From contig OZ365112.1 of NCBI GenBank assembly GCA_977030845.1, forward strand, positions 20,460,001 through 20,524,000: a stretch of DNA of 64,000 nucleotides, read 5' to 3'. The position numbers and the translations under genes were made by a program. This document shows, one piece after another, positions 14,968 through 29,900 of this stretch. The notes under the pieces are model-generated. The model saw only the letters and a program-made list of their open reading frames with translations. It made no database searches and was not told where the DNA came from. The first letter of the stretch is position 1; the number at the start of each line of letters is the position of its first letter. The DNA is from Fimbriosthenelais zetlandica (taxonomy: Eukaryota).

Positions 14968-17900
14968 TTAGATGTTGTCCTGCATATATCGCTCTGTGAA
15001 CATGTCTGTACAGAAAAAAAGACAACATATGTGTAGTAAGGCGAAGTTTCCATGTACCACTACCAGGCACTGTATTGAATGTACTACAAATTACTTGGTG
15101 CGCGAAATAATTAATATGTTTTATATTTTATAAATTTGAGATTTTATTGTCCCTGAAAATGTGGGGAGCTTATAATTTCTGTTGGTTATATCTTTAACTG
15201 ATATTCATATTCACCACAGTCTAAAGGTTCATGGGTGCGTGTTGCATGGATCTCGTGACCGTTCCTGTCCACACACCAGCATTGACCAGTACTTCCATGA
15301 CACTGCTGCCGTTCAAAGAAGCCATCTTCATCACAGCTCGGTACGAAGGCGCCTAACAAGATAAGATAGCATCTCCTTAAACTCAGAACTTCTCAAAGCT
15401 GCTACATGACCCAGCTTTGGACTAGTTCTAGCAACAATTTCAGACAAGCTTCCTAAATTTAGAACACCAGGCCCTTAAAACACATTAATCTCCTACATCC
15501 TCCAAGATCCAGATACATGTATTAGAAGGATAGCAATTCTCCTTCAAAATAAATGTTTCCCTCAGTACTCCCACAGTACTATGTAAGCATTGAGAGCTAA
15601 ACCGAAATAGGAGATGTACAGCTTTGATCTTTCTCCTTTGGTAATGTAAGCATTTTTATTAGTGTCTTGGTCTAATACGGTTTAGACAGAGCAAAGAATA
15701 GTTCTACTTCCTACTTTGAATGGATTATTGGTGTTTGCTTAACAGAAGGAACAAAGTGTTTGCCACTGAAGTAGGAATAAAAATGGTCTGTTGTGTCTTT
15801 ACAGATTGGCAACCCATCTAGCGAGAATAACCTTCTGTTAACCTTTAGATAGGAGAGCAGAAAGCCATTGTGAAGGGGGCACCAGGACTCGCCTTCCCCA
15901 CTTCTCTATACCCTCAGGTTTCTTTGTGCAATGTGTAATCTTTAAGAGCGGATGACTTACCGATCAGTACCTCTGTGTGGCCTTTCCGATCATTTGTGGG
16001 AATTTGTCTTTGTGCTGACAGGCATGGTGGAACTGTGTGGAAAAGGCAATGATAATTATGATTTACTTGAAATGTCATATAAGTCATTTTAAATTCACTT
16101 CAAACATTCATGATGTTCGTAGCAGGATTTGGGCTCAGATACTTGAGCTGGGTTTGGCATTGGGGAATGTAGGTAGGGGCAGGTCAATGTCGGGGTTAGA
16201 CGACTTGTCATCTGTGGGTTAGAGGATAATACTCACGGATATCAGCGAAGCAGCAGCACCATTCTTTCTCTGACAGTTGCATGTCATGATTGTGATCACA
16301 CACATCAATAAAGGGACGGACACAATGCTCATAACCATTGTCCTCAATGTCCTTCAGCTCCAAGGCTGAAAGCTGAGCATTAGAATCCATGTCCAGCTGG
16401 TTAAACTCCCAACTGACAGGGGCCTGGCAAATACACTCATCTGTAATTAAAGTACAGGTCAAGATTCAATAAAGATTCAAACATTTTCAAAATACATTTA
16501 TAAGAATGGTAGGCATGTTTCTACTCTAGGTTCAAAGGAAACAGAGTGTAGAAGATGGGGTTTCTTTCAGTTGGAGACTAAAGAAAGACCTTCTATATGG
16601 AGAGTGCAGCAGTTCAATATGCGGACTGGTCCTTGGAAGTTCCCACCCTATGGCCTCGAGCACTATCGATTATTCCAAGTCCCATCTCAACACGCATAGG
16701 AATTTGATTGAAAACTTCACCCTTTAATGGGCACCAATGTCATTAAGAGAAGGTGGATTGGAAGGGGCGCAAATTTGTGGTTTGGTTCAGTGCACTTGGA
16801 AGGGCACTTCATAAACCAATATACTCACACCAAAGTATGTTTGTTTAAACCTGAAAAATTATTCAAAATAATATGGAAAACTGCCCTAATACGGTATGAA
16901 AAGTTACAGATTTCTAGCAGTGCGGCTCTTACCGTCATCCCGGAGCTCCTTTTTCTTGGAATTGCGCTTAGTCATATGGTGCATGGCTCGGCTTCCCGCG
17001 TCCTCCTCCCTCTCATCCTCCTCCATCAAAAGTTTGAACCAGTCCAGCAACCTCCGACCCATCTCATCTAGGTCTCTCTTTGTGCATTCTATGTGACAAG
17101 CAGATTAAAGGGGCTGATAAGATAATGGATCGGATTTTGAATAAGTACCCCCAGTGACTGATTGTTTGGCCAATACATTATAATAAAGTTTGTGTCCTTT
17201 TGATATTAGATCATAATCTACAGGTTCTAACTGGGCAATAGTATCATAAAGTCAAAATATGTAATCACCTTTCTTTGGTTTCGAATGCAGTGCACTATTT
17301 GCCTTTCCCATATGGACTTCCGACTTCTTACTAGCACTTCTATCCACATAGTCAAAAGCTGCCTTCGGCTGTACTTGGAACATGCTGTTTAACCTTGTAT
17401 TATAATCCGGTAGATTCTATAATTAAATGTAAGGAGAAACAGTTAAAAAAGATGAGAGCAACAACAACAAATTCATCATTTAGGAAAACAATGATTGGAA
17501 AAAGAAAAAACCGCGCAGCTTTATAACGTACCCGGATCCTTTCCGCATGATCCCTATTATGCTTCTTATCTTCTTTCTCCTCCTGAAAATATGAATAGAA
17601 ATATAAAAGCGAAAATCCATCAGAGAAAAAAGTGAATTCACATTGTATCAAGAAGTACCGGGTACGTGCAGAGTTTCATTTTCTGATTATAGTGCGCACC
17701 ACACAATACCAATTTCTTGTTTAGATACCCTTGATACAAGTCACTTGGGTGAAACATTTAGGACCTGTCTGTGCTTTTATCCTGTAACAAATGCCTCCAA
17801 TTTTCCATGAGGAACATTTCCCCAATGGTTGGCTTCGAATTTCAGAATTCATCTGACCAAAAGTGGGACAGAAAGGGGGGCGGGGGGTCCTTCTCCCTAG

Positions 17901-20900
17901 GGGGATATGTCCCCTTTGGTCCACCACTCCTAGATCGAGTGATTGAGAGCACTTTCTTCCTCCCTCAAACCGATACATTGCCCGCTTCCCAATACACACT
18001 CCATCTCAGCATAAGAACCGTGCAAATTTAGCCAATCACTTCCATTCGGCACTGCATACCTCTCGAGAATTACCAAGGGGACTTGGGTAGGCCATATGCT
18101 AAAGCAAGCATAAGAGTGGCTATTACACAAGTTAACTTCCCAACCTAGGCGGTCTTGAGTAGGAGGGACTTTTTATTCTCGGGCGTTCGTGAGGTAGCAA
18201 GACCTGGTTTATATGGGGGGTCGACTGCCCTACCCCTGCCACTCATTGCATTAGTTGGCTTGTCAGCTTTGAGCAGCTCTATAGGCGTCTTCAAGTTAAA
18301 AGGCTGCCTGATTTGGAGCTCACAGATTCCATTGGCTTTCAATGGTATTTGGCTGATGTTTCACGGACATAAATTAGATTAGAACTGTGACTGGTGCTGG
18401 TAGCGAAGCTGACATGGGGATATATTGGCCAGGGCATATGTGGGCTTGAAAGGGGCTCATATTGAGGGGAACATACTGCAGGGGTTATTGGTGTGGAAAT
18501 GGAAGCCGGGGGCACCAGGGAGAAGCAGATATAGCAGAACTAGAACTATGGTAATTACTCATGCCTAGCCAGGCACACCGCAACACTGTGAATTCTACAG
18601 TGCTTTACATGAAAAGTAACAAACAATACAACAGGCTAAAGAACCTGAATTTACATGGTTTAAAAAAGGTGAAATACTATGCTATAGGTAACTTGATCCT
18701 GAGAAGCAATCTTCTCTGTCATGCTTTACTCTGTATATGCAATAATAGAAGGATTTAGTAATCCATAAAACCACTTGGCAATCCCAAGTATGCCTACATG
18801 GCATCTATTCTCTCCGCATGTTCGTGAGGGGAACCTATCGAGCCTAACCCCAGAGGTGGGAGGCCCTCAATCGGGGAATTGGATGGTCAAATAGAAGTGT
18901 CCACTTTGATACCAGCCCTGTGGCTGGGTGAAAGTGGTGTCCTATGTAGAGGCAATTAGCAGCGATGAGAATAGGGTGAAGGCCAGAAGCGCACATCAAA
19001 GCATACTGGTGCTGGCATGTTCAAAGGCAGCCAAATGGGTCAGATAGCCATGGAGGTCGTAAGATCGATACCTTGGTGGACGGGAGGGATGCTTGTAGAT
19101 AAGCTAATCTAAACTATCACACCCTCAACATTAGTCATGTGTCACGAACGCGCCGGACTGGCAACGGGTCACAGGCAGGGTGGGTAGAGAGCAGATTACA
19201 TGAAAGTATAATTTAGGCTTTAGCCTCTCTCTGTTACTCCCCTTTCCCTCACTTTCTCGCCTCTAGGGTATCAGACTCTCTTTATTAATGAATCTATGAA
19301 TAATAGGGTGGACCAAAGGGATGACAGGGCTGTAGACCGTAGACCGCACAAGACTAAACATTGATGTATCATTGGGATAAATCAGAAACTAAAACAAGAA
19401 AATCATAACAGTTTACAACTGATAGCAACTTCCTAATAATCATGCAGACCAAAATCACATTCTATACATGGTGTTAAATCTGCATCAACTCCATATACTA
19501 TTGCCCATTTCCATATACTACTGATGACGCCATACATGGGACATTTCCATATACTACTGATGATACCATACATGGGGCAATTCTATATGGTACGGATGAT
19601 ACCGCATGATGGGAATTTCTATGCTACGGATGATCCGACATCTGGGCCATTTCCGGATACTACAGACGGGGCGCTTACATAATTATATGATGATACCAAA
19701 TGGGACTGACCGTTCTAAAAAGCTTATCATTCTGAGACATTTTTCCCTTCCTTGAATTTACTGACAATGTCACTTAGACAAACAGCAAATAATCCACTCA
19801 AACATATCCGACATATAGACTTCTATTGGATTACTCCTACAGGGAATTTGTCCTCCAGTAGGCACCAAGTACGTGAAGGATATAGCCCCTACACAATTCT
19901 TGTATTGTAAATAGAAGATGACTGATAGTCAGGAGTCTGGGTGGGTAACCTCAGATCACAAAACATCAGCCCATAAGTTGGCTCATCCCTTGTCAGCTCT
20001 CAGACTGCCTTCACTGTAAGACGGATGTGCTCATCTCACCTCGCCACCACATGTGGAGAGCTCAACAAACATCTATCACGTCCATGTCATTTACATGAAA
20101 GCAGTGCCCAGACTCGAAAAAAAAGTTAGATGCTTTCAGAACCTCTGGGGTTTACCATCGAGCTGGCCAAGTGAATGAGACCATTAGTTTGTTTAATGAA
20201 GACTGCAAAGCCGGGGATACAGTTTGATATTCCAATTAAACGTCTCCTCTCGCCCTCTCCTCTCACTGCACAAAGTAAAGCCTCATTTCCTCTGGGGATT
20301 GACTTTTTACTTCCCGTCAGATGAGTGGCAATTTAATAAGGATTCAGACATGGTCTTGGTGCTTTACAGTGGCGAGGGAAACAACTTGGTACAGGCTGTT
20401 AGGTCAATCTGGACGTTCACAGTTAGATGCATGCAGTGAGAAGATTTTTTTTGCCCTGTTCTCCTCTTTCAACATCGTGTATCGAATACCGGTGAAGGTC
20501 TGGTGGTGGGTTATACAGACCATGTGTCTACGTCTGGCATCAGAAATCGGTAGAACGTTGGCGATGTGGAAAGGATTCACCCGTGTGAAACGATCTATCA
20601 TGATGTATATGGACCGAGGCTGTAGAGTATTTATTTCTGTCAGATATTGGTCTGGATGTCATTTTAACTTGCTGACCACATGTGATGGAACAGAAGTACA
20701 CAAGAACTGGTGTTGGTAGCTGAAAGGAAATATCTGGCCTAGCAATTCTAAAAAAATAATCTCCAAATGCTTAGTTTGAGGCACTTACAAGGCTTGAGAA
20801 AATAAATCTTCTCCCAATAACACTTTGATACAGCCATAAAAGGACATCATGCATCAGTGCCAAACTCGCTGGACATTTGGTGGAGCGGTAGTGAACCTTG

Positions 20901-23900
20901 CTATTATTAATGCGAGCCACGCCAACAAATTCTATCTATCAGGCCGCCTAGTACTGCACCAAGAGTCATTTTATACATCGTGATGATAAGGACGATAAGG
21001 CCATAACACTACTACCCTACAACAATGTATCCCTCTCTGCTGATACCACCGCCTCCACAGCAAGACAACAAGCAGAGGTCCAAAAGAAAAAGATAGTTCC
21101 ATAGCACAAACGAGTCATTAATCATGTACAATTCTATGGAAAGGATGCAATTGCACATACACATTTAAGAATAAGAATGGTGGAGAATACACATTAAAAT
21201 CTGTAATACACCAAGCATAACGTCACACCGAAACGGGTCCCTTTGTTGGAACATATATATATATACATCTATATACAATGTACCATTTTTGTTAGTAACA
21301 AGATAGCTTTAAGCTGACTTGAACACGACACCAGACTAAAAGCCTAAAAGAGTCATTGTGACGTCTGCACAGTAATTATTCATTGCGGCAAATTCGCTTA
21401 GATACCATCAAGCTTCCTGCAGCCATTTCACGGAAAGCCTCCCTGTATTGCAGATGGACGAGTGGTTATAAAGCTGTGTATGGACCGTTTATAAATAATG
21501 GAGGTACGGATAGTATTCTCAGTCAGCAGGATTAAGTTGTATTCCATGTCTGATCAAGGAGTTGAGGAGTAAAGGGAGAGCAATTAACTACTCTATCAGA
21601 CACTCCAAGCTTTATCAGACACTGACTGATGTCTCAGACTCCTTCCGGTCCATATACCAATAGACCTATTTATATCCAAATATCTATCGATCCGGGGCCA
21701 TAAATGATATGTTTCTGCCATTATCAATTGCAAAAGATCCTGAAATTGCGAATCATAAAAATGCAGAAGTGTGATCGGAAAGATAAAAACTCTGCACATT
21801 GATGAATTTTTAATGTTACATATTGCCTTCTGTAGGCAAAAGGAACAGATGCTTTCTGAAAGGGATCCATAACTATTCCCAGTATTCAACAGCAGACTCA
21901 TTTGGGGAGGCGCACCAAGCATTGACCAGACCTGGTGCGAAGCCTGATGACAGCTGTACTCCTCTTACATCACCAATAATGGCAATCTACAGTTAAAACC
22001 TAGATAAAAAGCCTGGAAACACCTCATTAATCTCAAGCTCTTAGAACTAAGAATTCAATGGACTCACTCTAGTATTGGTTGCAGTGCAGTTTCGTCGTCT
22101 TGCTCTGACACAATAATTATGATTCCTCAACATATGTATAGAATTGCCCAATATCTTTGGCCATAGCTTAAGAAAATAGTTTTCAATTCCTAGTAATGTC
22201 CATTCTTTCATTCATTTATGTAAAAGTTGACAAAAAATCCGTGATAGTGTTCGAAAGGGGCAGAAGGATCCTAAGGACCTTAATGTAGTACTGCGAAAAT
22301 AGTCCCAGGTGGGATTGGAAAATTCGATTTTACTTCCTGAGTGCAACCTGCCCGGGACAAGGTCTTATTAGTATTCATCAATAGGGTGTTGCGATAAGCT
22401 TTTCGACGACAAAATGAAGGCCTCCTCCTGGGAAGCAGACATAAAGTTGTACGCTCCATTACATGTTACAAGTGGGACTGTCACGATGAACACGACTCGG
22501 CCTACCTCAGGGACGAAGTAGGCAGAGATGATGTCTTTGTAACAGTAACATTTCTTATGCAAATCATACTTGCAGGGTCCTATCATTTATGCATGTGGAA
22601 ACAGCACAAGGATGGAAGCGTTGTTGAATGAATATGGGCTCAGGGGCGGGCAGGGAATATAAGCAAATGATGTCAATGTGGGCAGGTTGTAACCTTAAAC
22701 AATTTACACTCTAAATATGGTGCTCATAAAGCTCGTCTCAGAAGGCAAGTCAATAAAAGACTCACCTTTTTATCAGCTCTCCGCCGCGACTGACCTTGAC
22801 CCTTTTTCATCTTCTTCCTGGACAGAGATAAGAAAAAGAAATCTTATATAGAAGGACAAGAAGAGACAAGTACATTGCCTAACATGCGAACTCCCACCGT
22901 GTTAAACCATAGCAGGGCAGGCACATGTATAATGGCTACATGGGAAACGTTTCATCCCATCATACAACATAAAAATAATGCTTCTCCCATTGCACCCTAT
23001 ATGGGCGGTTATTGTCCTGAAAAGGACACGCTCGAACGCTGGGCCATCTTGGATGAATCATCAAAAATACATTTGGATCACCATGTACAAAATGCATACG
23101 TTTGTGTGGTGTGGTGAACAGCTTGTCTGCGACTTATGAGGCTTTGCCTCAACACTCAATCTAAAAGACGCTTCAAGGAAAAAGTTATGCATGACAAGCA
23201 GTCTGATTTGGTCATGGCCTCCTTTTCCAAATGCCCTTACCATATGTTATTGAGATATTCCTCTCGATAAATATTGGTCGTTGTCATGTGCACAAGCGTA
23301 ATAAAAGCTTTGTGGATCCCTGGAGGGGATGGTGGAGATAGCCACCTCCCTGAGGGCTACGATCATCTCTCCTACCCATGTCTCCCCACCAGTGACATGG
23401 CTAACATGGCCTGTACAAACAGATGGCCCAGCATCTTAGAGAAAATCCCACACGTGCCAGACAACCTCGCGTGCTTGTCAGCAGCTCCTTTTGTTGAAAT
23501 GTGCCCTAATATTACTTTCTTCATCTGTGACGATAGACACGCCATATCCATGAGACTCGCCCATCCATTCCACTGTATCCAGTTCAATGTTGCGACCTTT
23601 TCATGACAAGGCTTTATTTTTACAATAAAAGTCCTAAATGTGAGTAAAGTGTCAGATACCTTTTCTGTAGCACAACAGGTATTCTAACTCTAGAATGCAA
23701 AAATGTCCACAACTAAGACAATAATGAACGATGAATTTAGTGAGAATTTCACCCCATATCGACTACCCCAGTTTTTGAATTACATCTCTGAGACCATTGC
23801 CCTTGAAACTCCTATATTGCCTCTACTCGCCTCACACAAACCCATGTGACCATGGTCACATGATCAATACGCCCCATAATGCAGAGCGGCAGGAACAAGG

Positions 23901-26900
23901 TTTCTTCGACAAGTGTGGTATCCATGAGTTAAAGGAGGCTGACGAGCCCATGCAATGTTCAACTGTGGGAAAGAAACATCTTTCCTGACAGCTGGAGGAA
24001 GGGATCAGAAACACGAGCGGCACTAAATCTCCTTCAACAGCGGTATTAGAACAATTTTATACTTTAGACATGAACATAAATATCCTATGTATATGCGTCA
24101 TTGTATACAAAGGGGTGAATAGAGTTCCATCTCCTCAGCTGAAATTGCTTCAGTGAGGTATCTTTTTCCTTTGATGCTCTGACAATCAATTGTGCAGACT
24201 ATTACAACACTGAAATCCTCACCGAAGTAAGAGAGTTTTGATATTTTGGAATGGAGGGGTCCCACACGTATAGAGAATATATGAGACATTATGATCTTAT
24301 CAGTAGGGCTGAGGAGATCTACTCTGGAGCATAGATAGTTATTGTAGGAGCCTATAGGGAACATTTGGCCATGCAATGGGTGTGATAACGTATCATTCAA
24401 TTAACCGAGAGTCTACATATCAGCTGCCGTTAGACTATTGCCGTATATACTAAGATAAGATAAAGAAATAGAAAGCTACAGATGCTACTATACAGCTGAT
24501 CACAATCAGAACCCGAGACGTACATAAAGAAACCAGCTTCACTGATAAATTCATCATGAAACATAAGAGCAGCCCCTGTATCAGTACATAAGAAATGATA
24601 CTTCTATTAGACCTACGAGGAATCAGAATAGTTGCCCTTCAAGCGAGCTATATGAGTGAGTGAAGGATGACAGGTAATTAAATATATAAGCGAACTTAAT
24701 CAGGGACAAGGAGCCTAAAGCAATCAATGAACCTGGCTATGATCTACTGCAATAATTACATAGAAACCCGAGCTCTGTGGTTAGAAGTCAGTGTAGTTAC
24801 TATAGTATTACTGTAGCTTACCTCATCCTCAGCACTCGTTTATGTACACACTCGGCTTCTCCTGTTTCAGCATTCATTAGGCACACCTGGCGCCTTCGGC
24901 ATTTCAGGTGCGAGCACGCATCATCATCTATGTAAAGAGAACATCGCAAGACATTAAACATTATACATACTTACTTACAGCAATCCAACAAGTTGATGAC
25001 TTGGTATTAATAAAAGCAAGTGTTTCTGAAGGGAACTATGAGATAAATTTAGCCTTTTATTTAGGCTGCGTTCCCAGGGAGCTTCCCTACTTGAACACTT
25101 GAATCTCTTTGCCTTTTGAGTACATCACTTCGGACTGTAGCTCCAGTCCCACGGGTCTGTATATCAACATTTATGTGAGTCTGCTTGTTACCAGGTTAAT
25201 GCCACCATATCTTAACCTGAGGGGCCCTTTTCCCTCATGGGTTAAGAAACAAATGGAACGTTCTGATTGGCTGGACTATCCCAAGGGTTCTAATATTTCT
25301 ACCTATAGTGTAAGTCTGATATTTCTTCACCGCCTAGGAACCACTGTATATGGCATATACACTGATTTGGCAGCAGAAACATGGCAGTAAATGTGATACC
25401 AGTTATCCACTGTTTTTGTCTCGGAACAAAGGGAGAGATACAATGAAAAGAAACACAGAATGCCGCGGCTAACGGTTCCTGCCATATGGACGACTCATTT
25501 GTGTTCACAATGCTGCTTTTTCTCTGCAAGCTCATTTGTGGCCAAGGCTAACAACATTTTTTCTCCCCATTTCCTTTCTCATGAATTTCAGATGACTTGG
25601 AAAGTGGACTCTCCTCCCTCTTTTAAAGAGGAAGGGCCTAAAGGACTTTCTGAGAGGAGTTGCTCCTCTGGGGAAAAGTGGAACTACGAGGAAACCAAAA
25701 GTAGAGACAAAGAGAGCTATATGGAGGGAGAAGCGGGAGGGGAGAGTGAGGGTGAGGGTAAGAGGGGCAGGGAGGGATATTGCAAAATATGTGTCAGCCT
25801 TTATAACTTGAACTTGCGAGGGTGATTAATAATCAAGTATACATATAAAGCGTGAGTTTTAATTAGAGACAAGTAATTAGCTCACCCGATTTGTGGTAAT
25901 TAGTGATTCTTTTCCATTGCTCCTTGTACACGCTGTCGGCAGCTTCCTCCTGCAAGGAGAAAGAAAGAGTGGAGAGTTCCATTAACAGTGCTCACGTACA
26001 GGTTTTCAAGGCTTGGGAGTAGAATCAGACAGACATAAATACGATCGCATGGTACGGAGGCACAGCGAGAGTGGGCGGAAATAGAAGTAAAGAGAAAGAG
26101 AAACTATCAAACGTAGGGTATAGGAAAAACAAGTAAAAGATGAATTATTTTTTAATTTTTGAGAGGTCACCATAATATATAAATGCCCACGACAGGCCAC
26201 ATTTCAGAATGACCAGAGAAAATGGATTGGTCTTTAAAAGGGGTTGGTGGCATGGCGTTCGATCACTAAGCCATGTGCCTACATGGGGTCCCTAGTGGGC
26301 ACCCATCTAACACCTATCATTCTCATATGACGAGAGATAAAATGATGAAAAAAGCCAAATGGTGCCGATAAGCATAAATCACCCATGGGACGGTTCAGTA
26401 TTCTCGGAAGAAAAAAGTAATGCTTAAAAACGTACTCCACTGTAATCCTCCATCAACATATAGCCACATGCAGTTGAAGTAACTATACAATCTCGCTTTG
26501 GAAAATTATTATCAATTTGTTTATTTACTTTGATCTATTATTATAAATCGCATAATATATCTAGTATTGTGCTTAATACTGTTGTCTTTTTATCCCACAT
26601 CTTTATTCAAAGGGAGTGTTAGACATCATGTTTTCTTCAGTTGCTGGGAGGGGGCATAATAAAAAGAGTACTTGAATAAAGAAGACCTTCCTTCTGGCTC
26701 TCGGCCCTTATTACTGCCAGAGTATATGGACACTTGCCGGGCTGTGCTGCTCAACATGTTTCCAATTAGTCTAAACTCCTGTCCCAATGCAAGAGAAAAT
26801 GTCTATTTCATGGAAATGAACACACCAAGGGGGAGGAGTAGGCAGTTAATGGCAAGCATTAATATCAATACAAACACGATAAGCGACAAGATTTACTCTT

Positions 26901-29900
26901 GGCTTGAAGCGTACAAGAGGCGCAATAGATCCTCATCTTGTCTTACACTTTTCTTTGTGCCTCGTGATGTATTCAGCTAATCGGTGTCGCCTGGGGGATT
27001 GTTTGCCCGTAAACATGGCTTCTAGTCAGCCTTAATATGCCTCCTTTCCAGAGAGGAAGACTAGGAGGATAACTGCATACATGCTTATAACCTGAATATA
27101 CATCCAGAGCACAACCTCCCATCCATGAAGTCCAGCAAAGGGGGAACATACAGTAGTATGGATGGACGTGGATGTAACAACTCAATCGAAGCCAATGTAA
27201 CATAATAAAGATGTACATTGTCTACTGGAATATTCCATTTGTATTTTTGTTCTGAATAGCATTATAATATATACAGAGCATTTGGAAGGATAAAGAGTTG
27301 CACAGAGTACAGGAGGCAGCTGGATGATAAGGGAGATAAGTACTATAGTGGTGCCTTCATATACAGAAGATCTTCAAACACCCTTACTTCAGCAGTTGTA
27401 CTACATAACAAGGAAGATAGATTCCCAGATGTGTATTACTATACAGTTCCCATACCAAGCCCTGGCCTTGTCAGGTCAGCTATCATTCACCTGAGATTGG
27501 CTATAGAGTAAGTGATCGCCCATGATGAGTGACCAGCAGGCACGATTTACTGCTGCCTGTATTGGCTCCTAAATTTGGTATCAGGGGTCTACTGTCACAG
27601 GGGATGAGCACCCGGGGCACCCCTCAACAACCAGCCTACATGGCAACAGTAATAGCCATTTATACTGCCTCTATCATTTATCTTTCCTGCCGCCACAAAA
27701 TCTGCTGTTATATCGCCCTGGGCAATGGTCACATAAGATTACAATTTGGGCAAATTGTGGGAAAATCATAAGAAATATGCTTGGGAAACAAATCTGCCCT
27801 TAATGCGGATTATTCTTTATAAACTGTATCCTTAGGAGCAAGAACGTATTTTATAGAAAAAGGAAATTAACACTGCTTTGAGAGGGACATCTTTCCACAA
27901 AGCTCTGATCTATTCTACTTGAATTGACTTGTGAATAGACAACGCTAAATAGCAAACATGAACAAGGTAACAATTCAAGGCGGAACACAGAGGAAGAGAG
28001 GATGTAATCTCTGATGCTCTGCTATTTTCCAGGCATGTTGTCCTCCACATTTGCTTTGCAGGGGGCCAATTTTATCAGAAGCCTTTTCATCCTCGTTTTG
28101 CAAACAACCCGAGCGAGGAACAGGAGTCTCCCTTGACTGGACAAAGGGATAATCAGCCACTAGATGCCAGAGAAAGTGGTGTAGAAAGGTTATTCGTATT
28201 TCGTCGTGAAGCATAACATTGCAGGGCAAATATTTACCTCCAACAGATGGGAGATGGGCGTAGTACGAAATATTAAAGACTTGTGACTAAATCATCTGCA
28301 GTCATCCTGGATGGGTCTAATTACTACAATATTTTCACCATGACATACGTGTATGGGATTATTTATAGTCAAAGTTAATCACTCGGTTTATGGAATGCAG
28401 ATGCCATTGGTAAAATGGAATTAAACATAATGATATGAATTACATATCCTCAAGAGGATATTTAGCAAAATTAACTGTCATATGGCTGTAGGATGTGGAT
28501 GGTATGATGCAGTAAATCATGATGAAATAAGCTGAGGAGCAGCTCCTGCCGTGTCATGCAGCTTTATTAGAGCTCCAGGTACCGCTTAATTACGGTAAAG
28601 TGGTCCCAAGAAGAGCGAGGAGAAAGAAATTGATTGCCTCAATCATTCAATGAAGCAATTGTGATTAAAATTGATTCATTCTGTAAAACAAGAGCTATTT
28701 GATTTGCCTGTGATGCTCACTACATTAAAAAAGGGAGTGGAGAAAACAGGCTTTAAAATGCCTTCATATTGTGCAAGGCTATAATTCTATTTATTAAGCC
28801 TCAGTGTTAGAGGATTTCATGGAATTTGGAGCCTGAAGCTTCTAACTTTCACTTCATTACATGAATTTTCGTCTACTTCTGCTTCCGGAACATGCACATT
28901 GACAACAACCCTCACGTCATTTTCCAGTCTTTCTTTCCTCCCTAATCCACTTCATCTGTGGTCGTATCTCCAATTTAGCCACACTGAGACAGCATTTCCA
29001 TCAATAATACAACACGAAGGAAGCGGCCTAGCCACCTGCTTGTTATATCGAATGTGTTGTATAATCCGCTACACACAGCAACCTTGTTACGGCAAATTCC
29101 ACAAGAAAGGGCTCCTTACTCTATCGCCCATAAGATGTATAACGAAGGCTTTCGTGACGGGCCCTGGACACTTTTACTAACAAGAATTCATAACTAAAAC
29201 GTGAGAGCTTTATCCTTGTGAGCAGGCCAGGATACAGCACACAAAGTCCCAACAGTCTTAACATCATTAGCGTGACTATTGACTAGCTTATTCCATGTAC
29301 TATAGAACAAGGCAAGGTTCCTCAAGAAAACGAGGAAAGGTTCTATGCATCATCTTCCTCAAAGGCCATATTTTGTCCTGCAAATGACATTCAAAACAGA
29401 TTGTCATATGAGGCAACTGAAAAAAAACCAGTCGCCTCCAATACCCAATCTTTTTGTAAACATTTTTCTTCCAGTGTAACTGGAAAACCAGAGATATGAG
29501 AAAAGATCCTTATTAGACACGGGGTGCATTGGTCCATGAGTAAAGCCCATTGTTGGTCTGAGATAAGCGTGGGGATGGAGCTGGGGACGGGGGCTGCAGA
29601 GGAAGGAATAGAATGACAGACTCTTTCACTGATCCTACCATGATACCGATACTAACGCCAGTGATAACCCTCCCACAGAAATAGCTGCTACTTCCCTATT
29701 TCAGATTTGATTCTGATGTTCACGAAAGACAGTATGTCTGTCGACTGCTCTTCTATTGGCAATGTTATAGAATCGATCATTTTATCAGGTTTATGGCTGA
29801 TTTATTTCGAATACCATTCCAGGACTGAACTCAGATGAGTGTGAATCTACATGTGAGAAATCAGAATAACAATGCCTTTGTTGGCATTTTAGTTACTTTT

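Noticed and set aside
22070-22106. 37-nt candidate minus-strand exon bounded by CAG and GTGAGT
   Set aside because: Length is not a multiple of 3, so it would frameshift the phase 0-0 junction between 22766 and 17582.
22368-22586. Cys-containing minus-strand ORF ([16 protein letters not shown]) as the missing Kazal exon
   Set aside because: Cys spacing does not match Kazal (no VCGxDG.TY), and its plausible splice phases (1 to 0) do not fit the flanking phase-0 junction.
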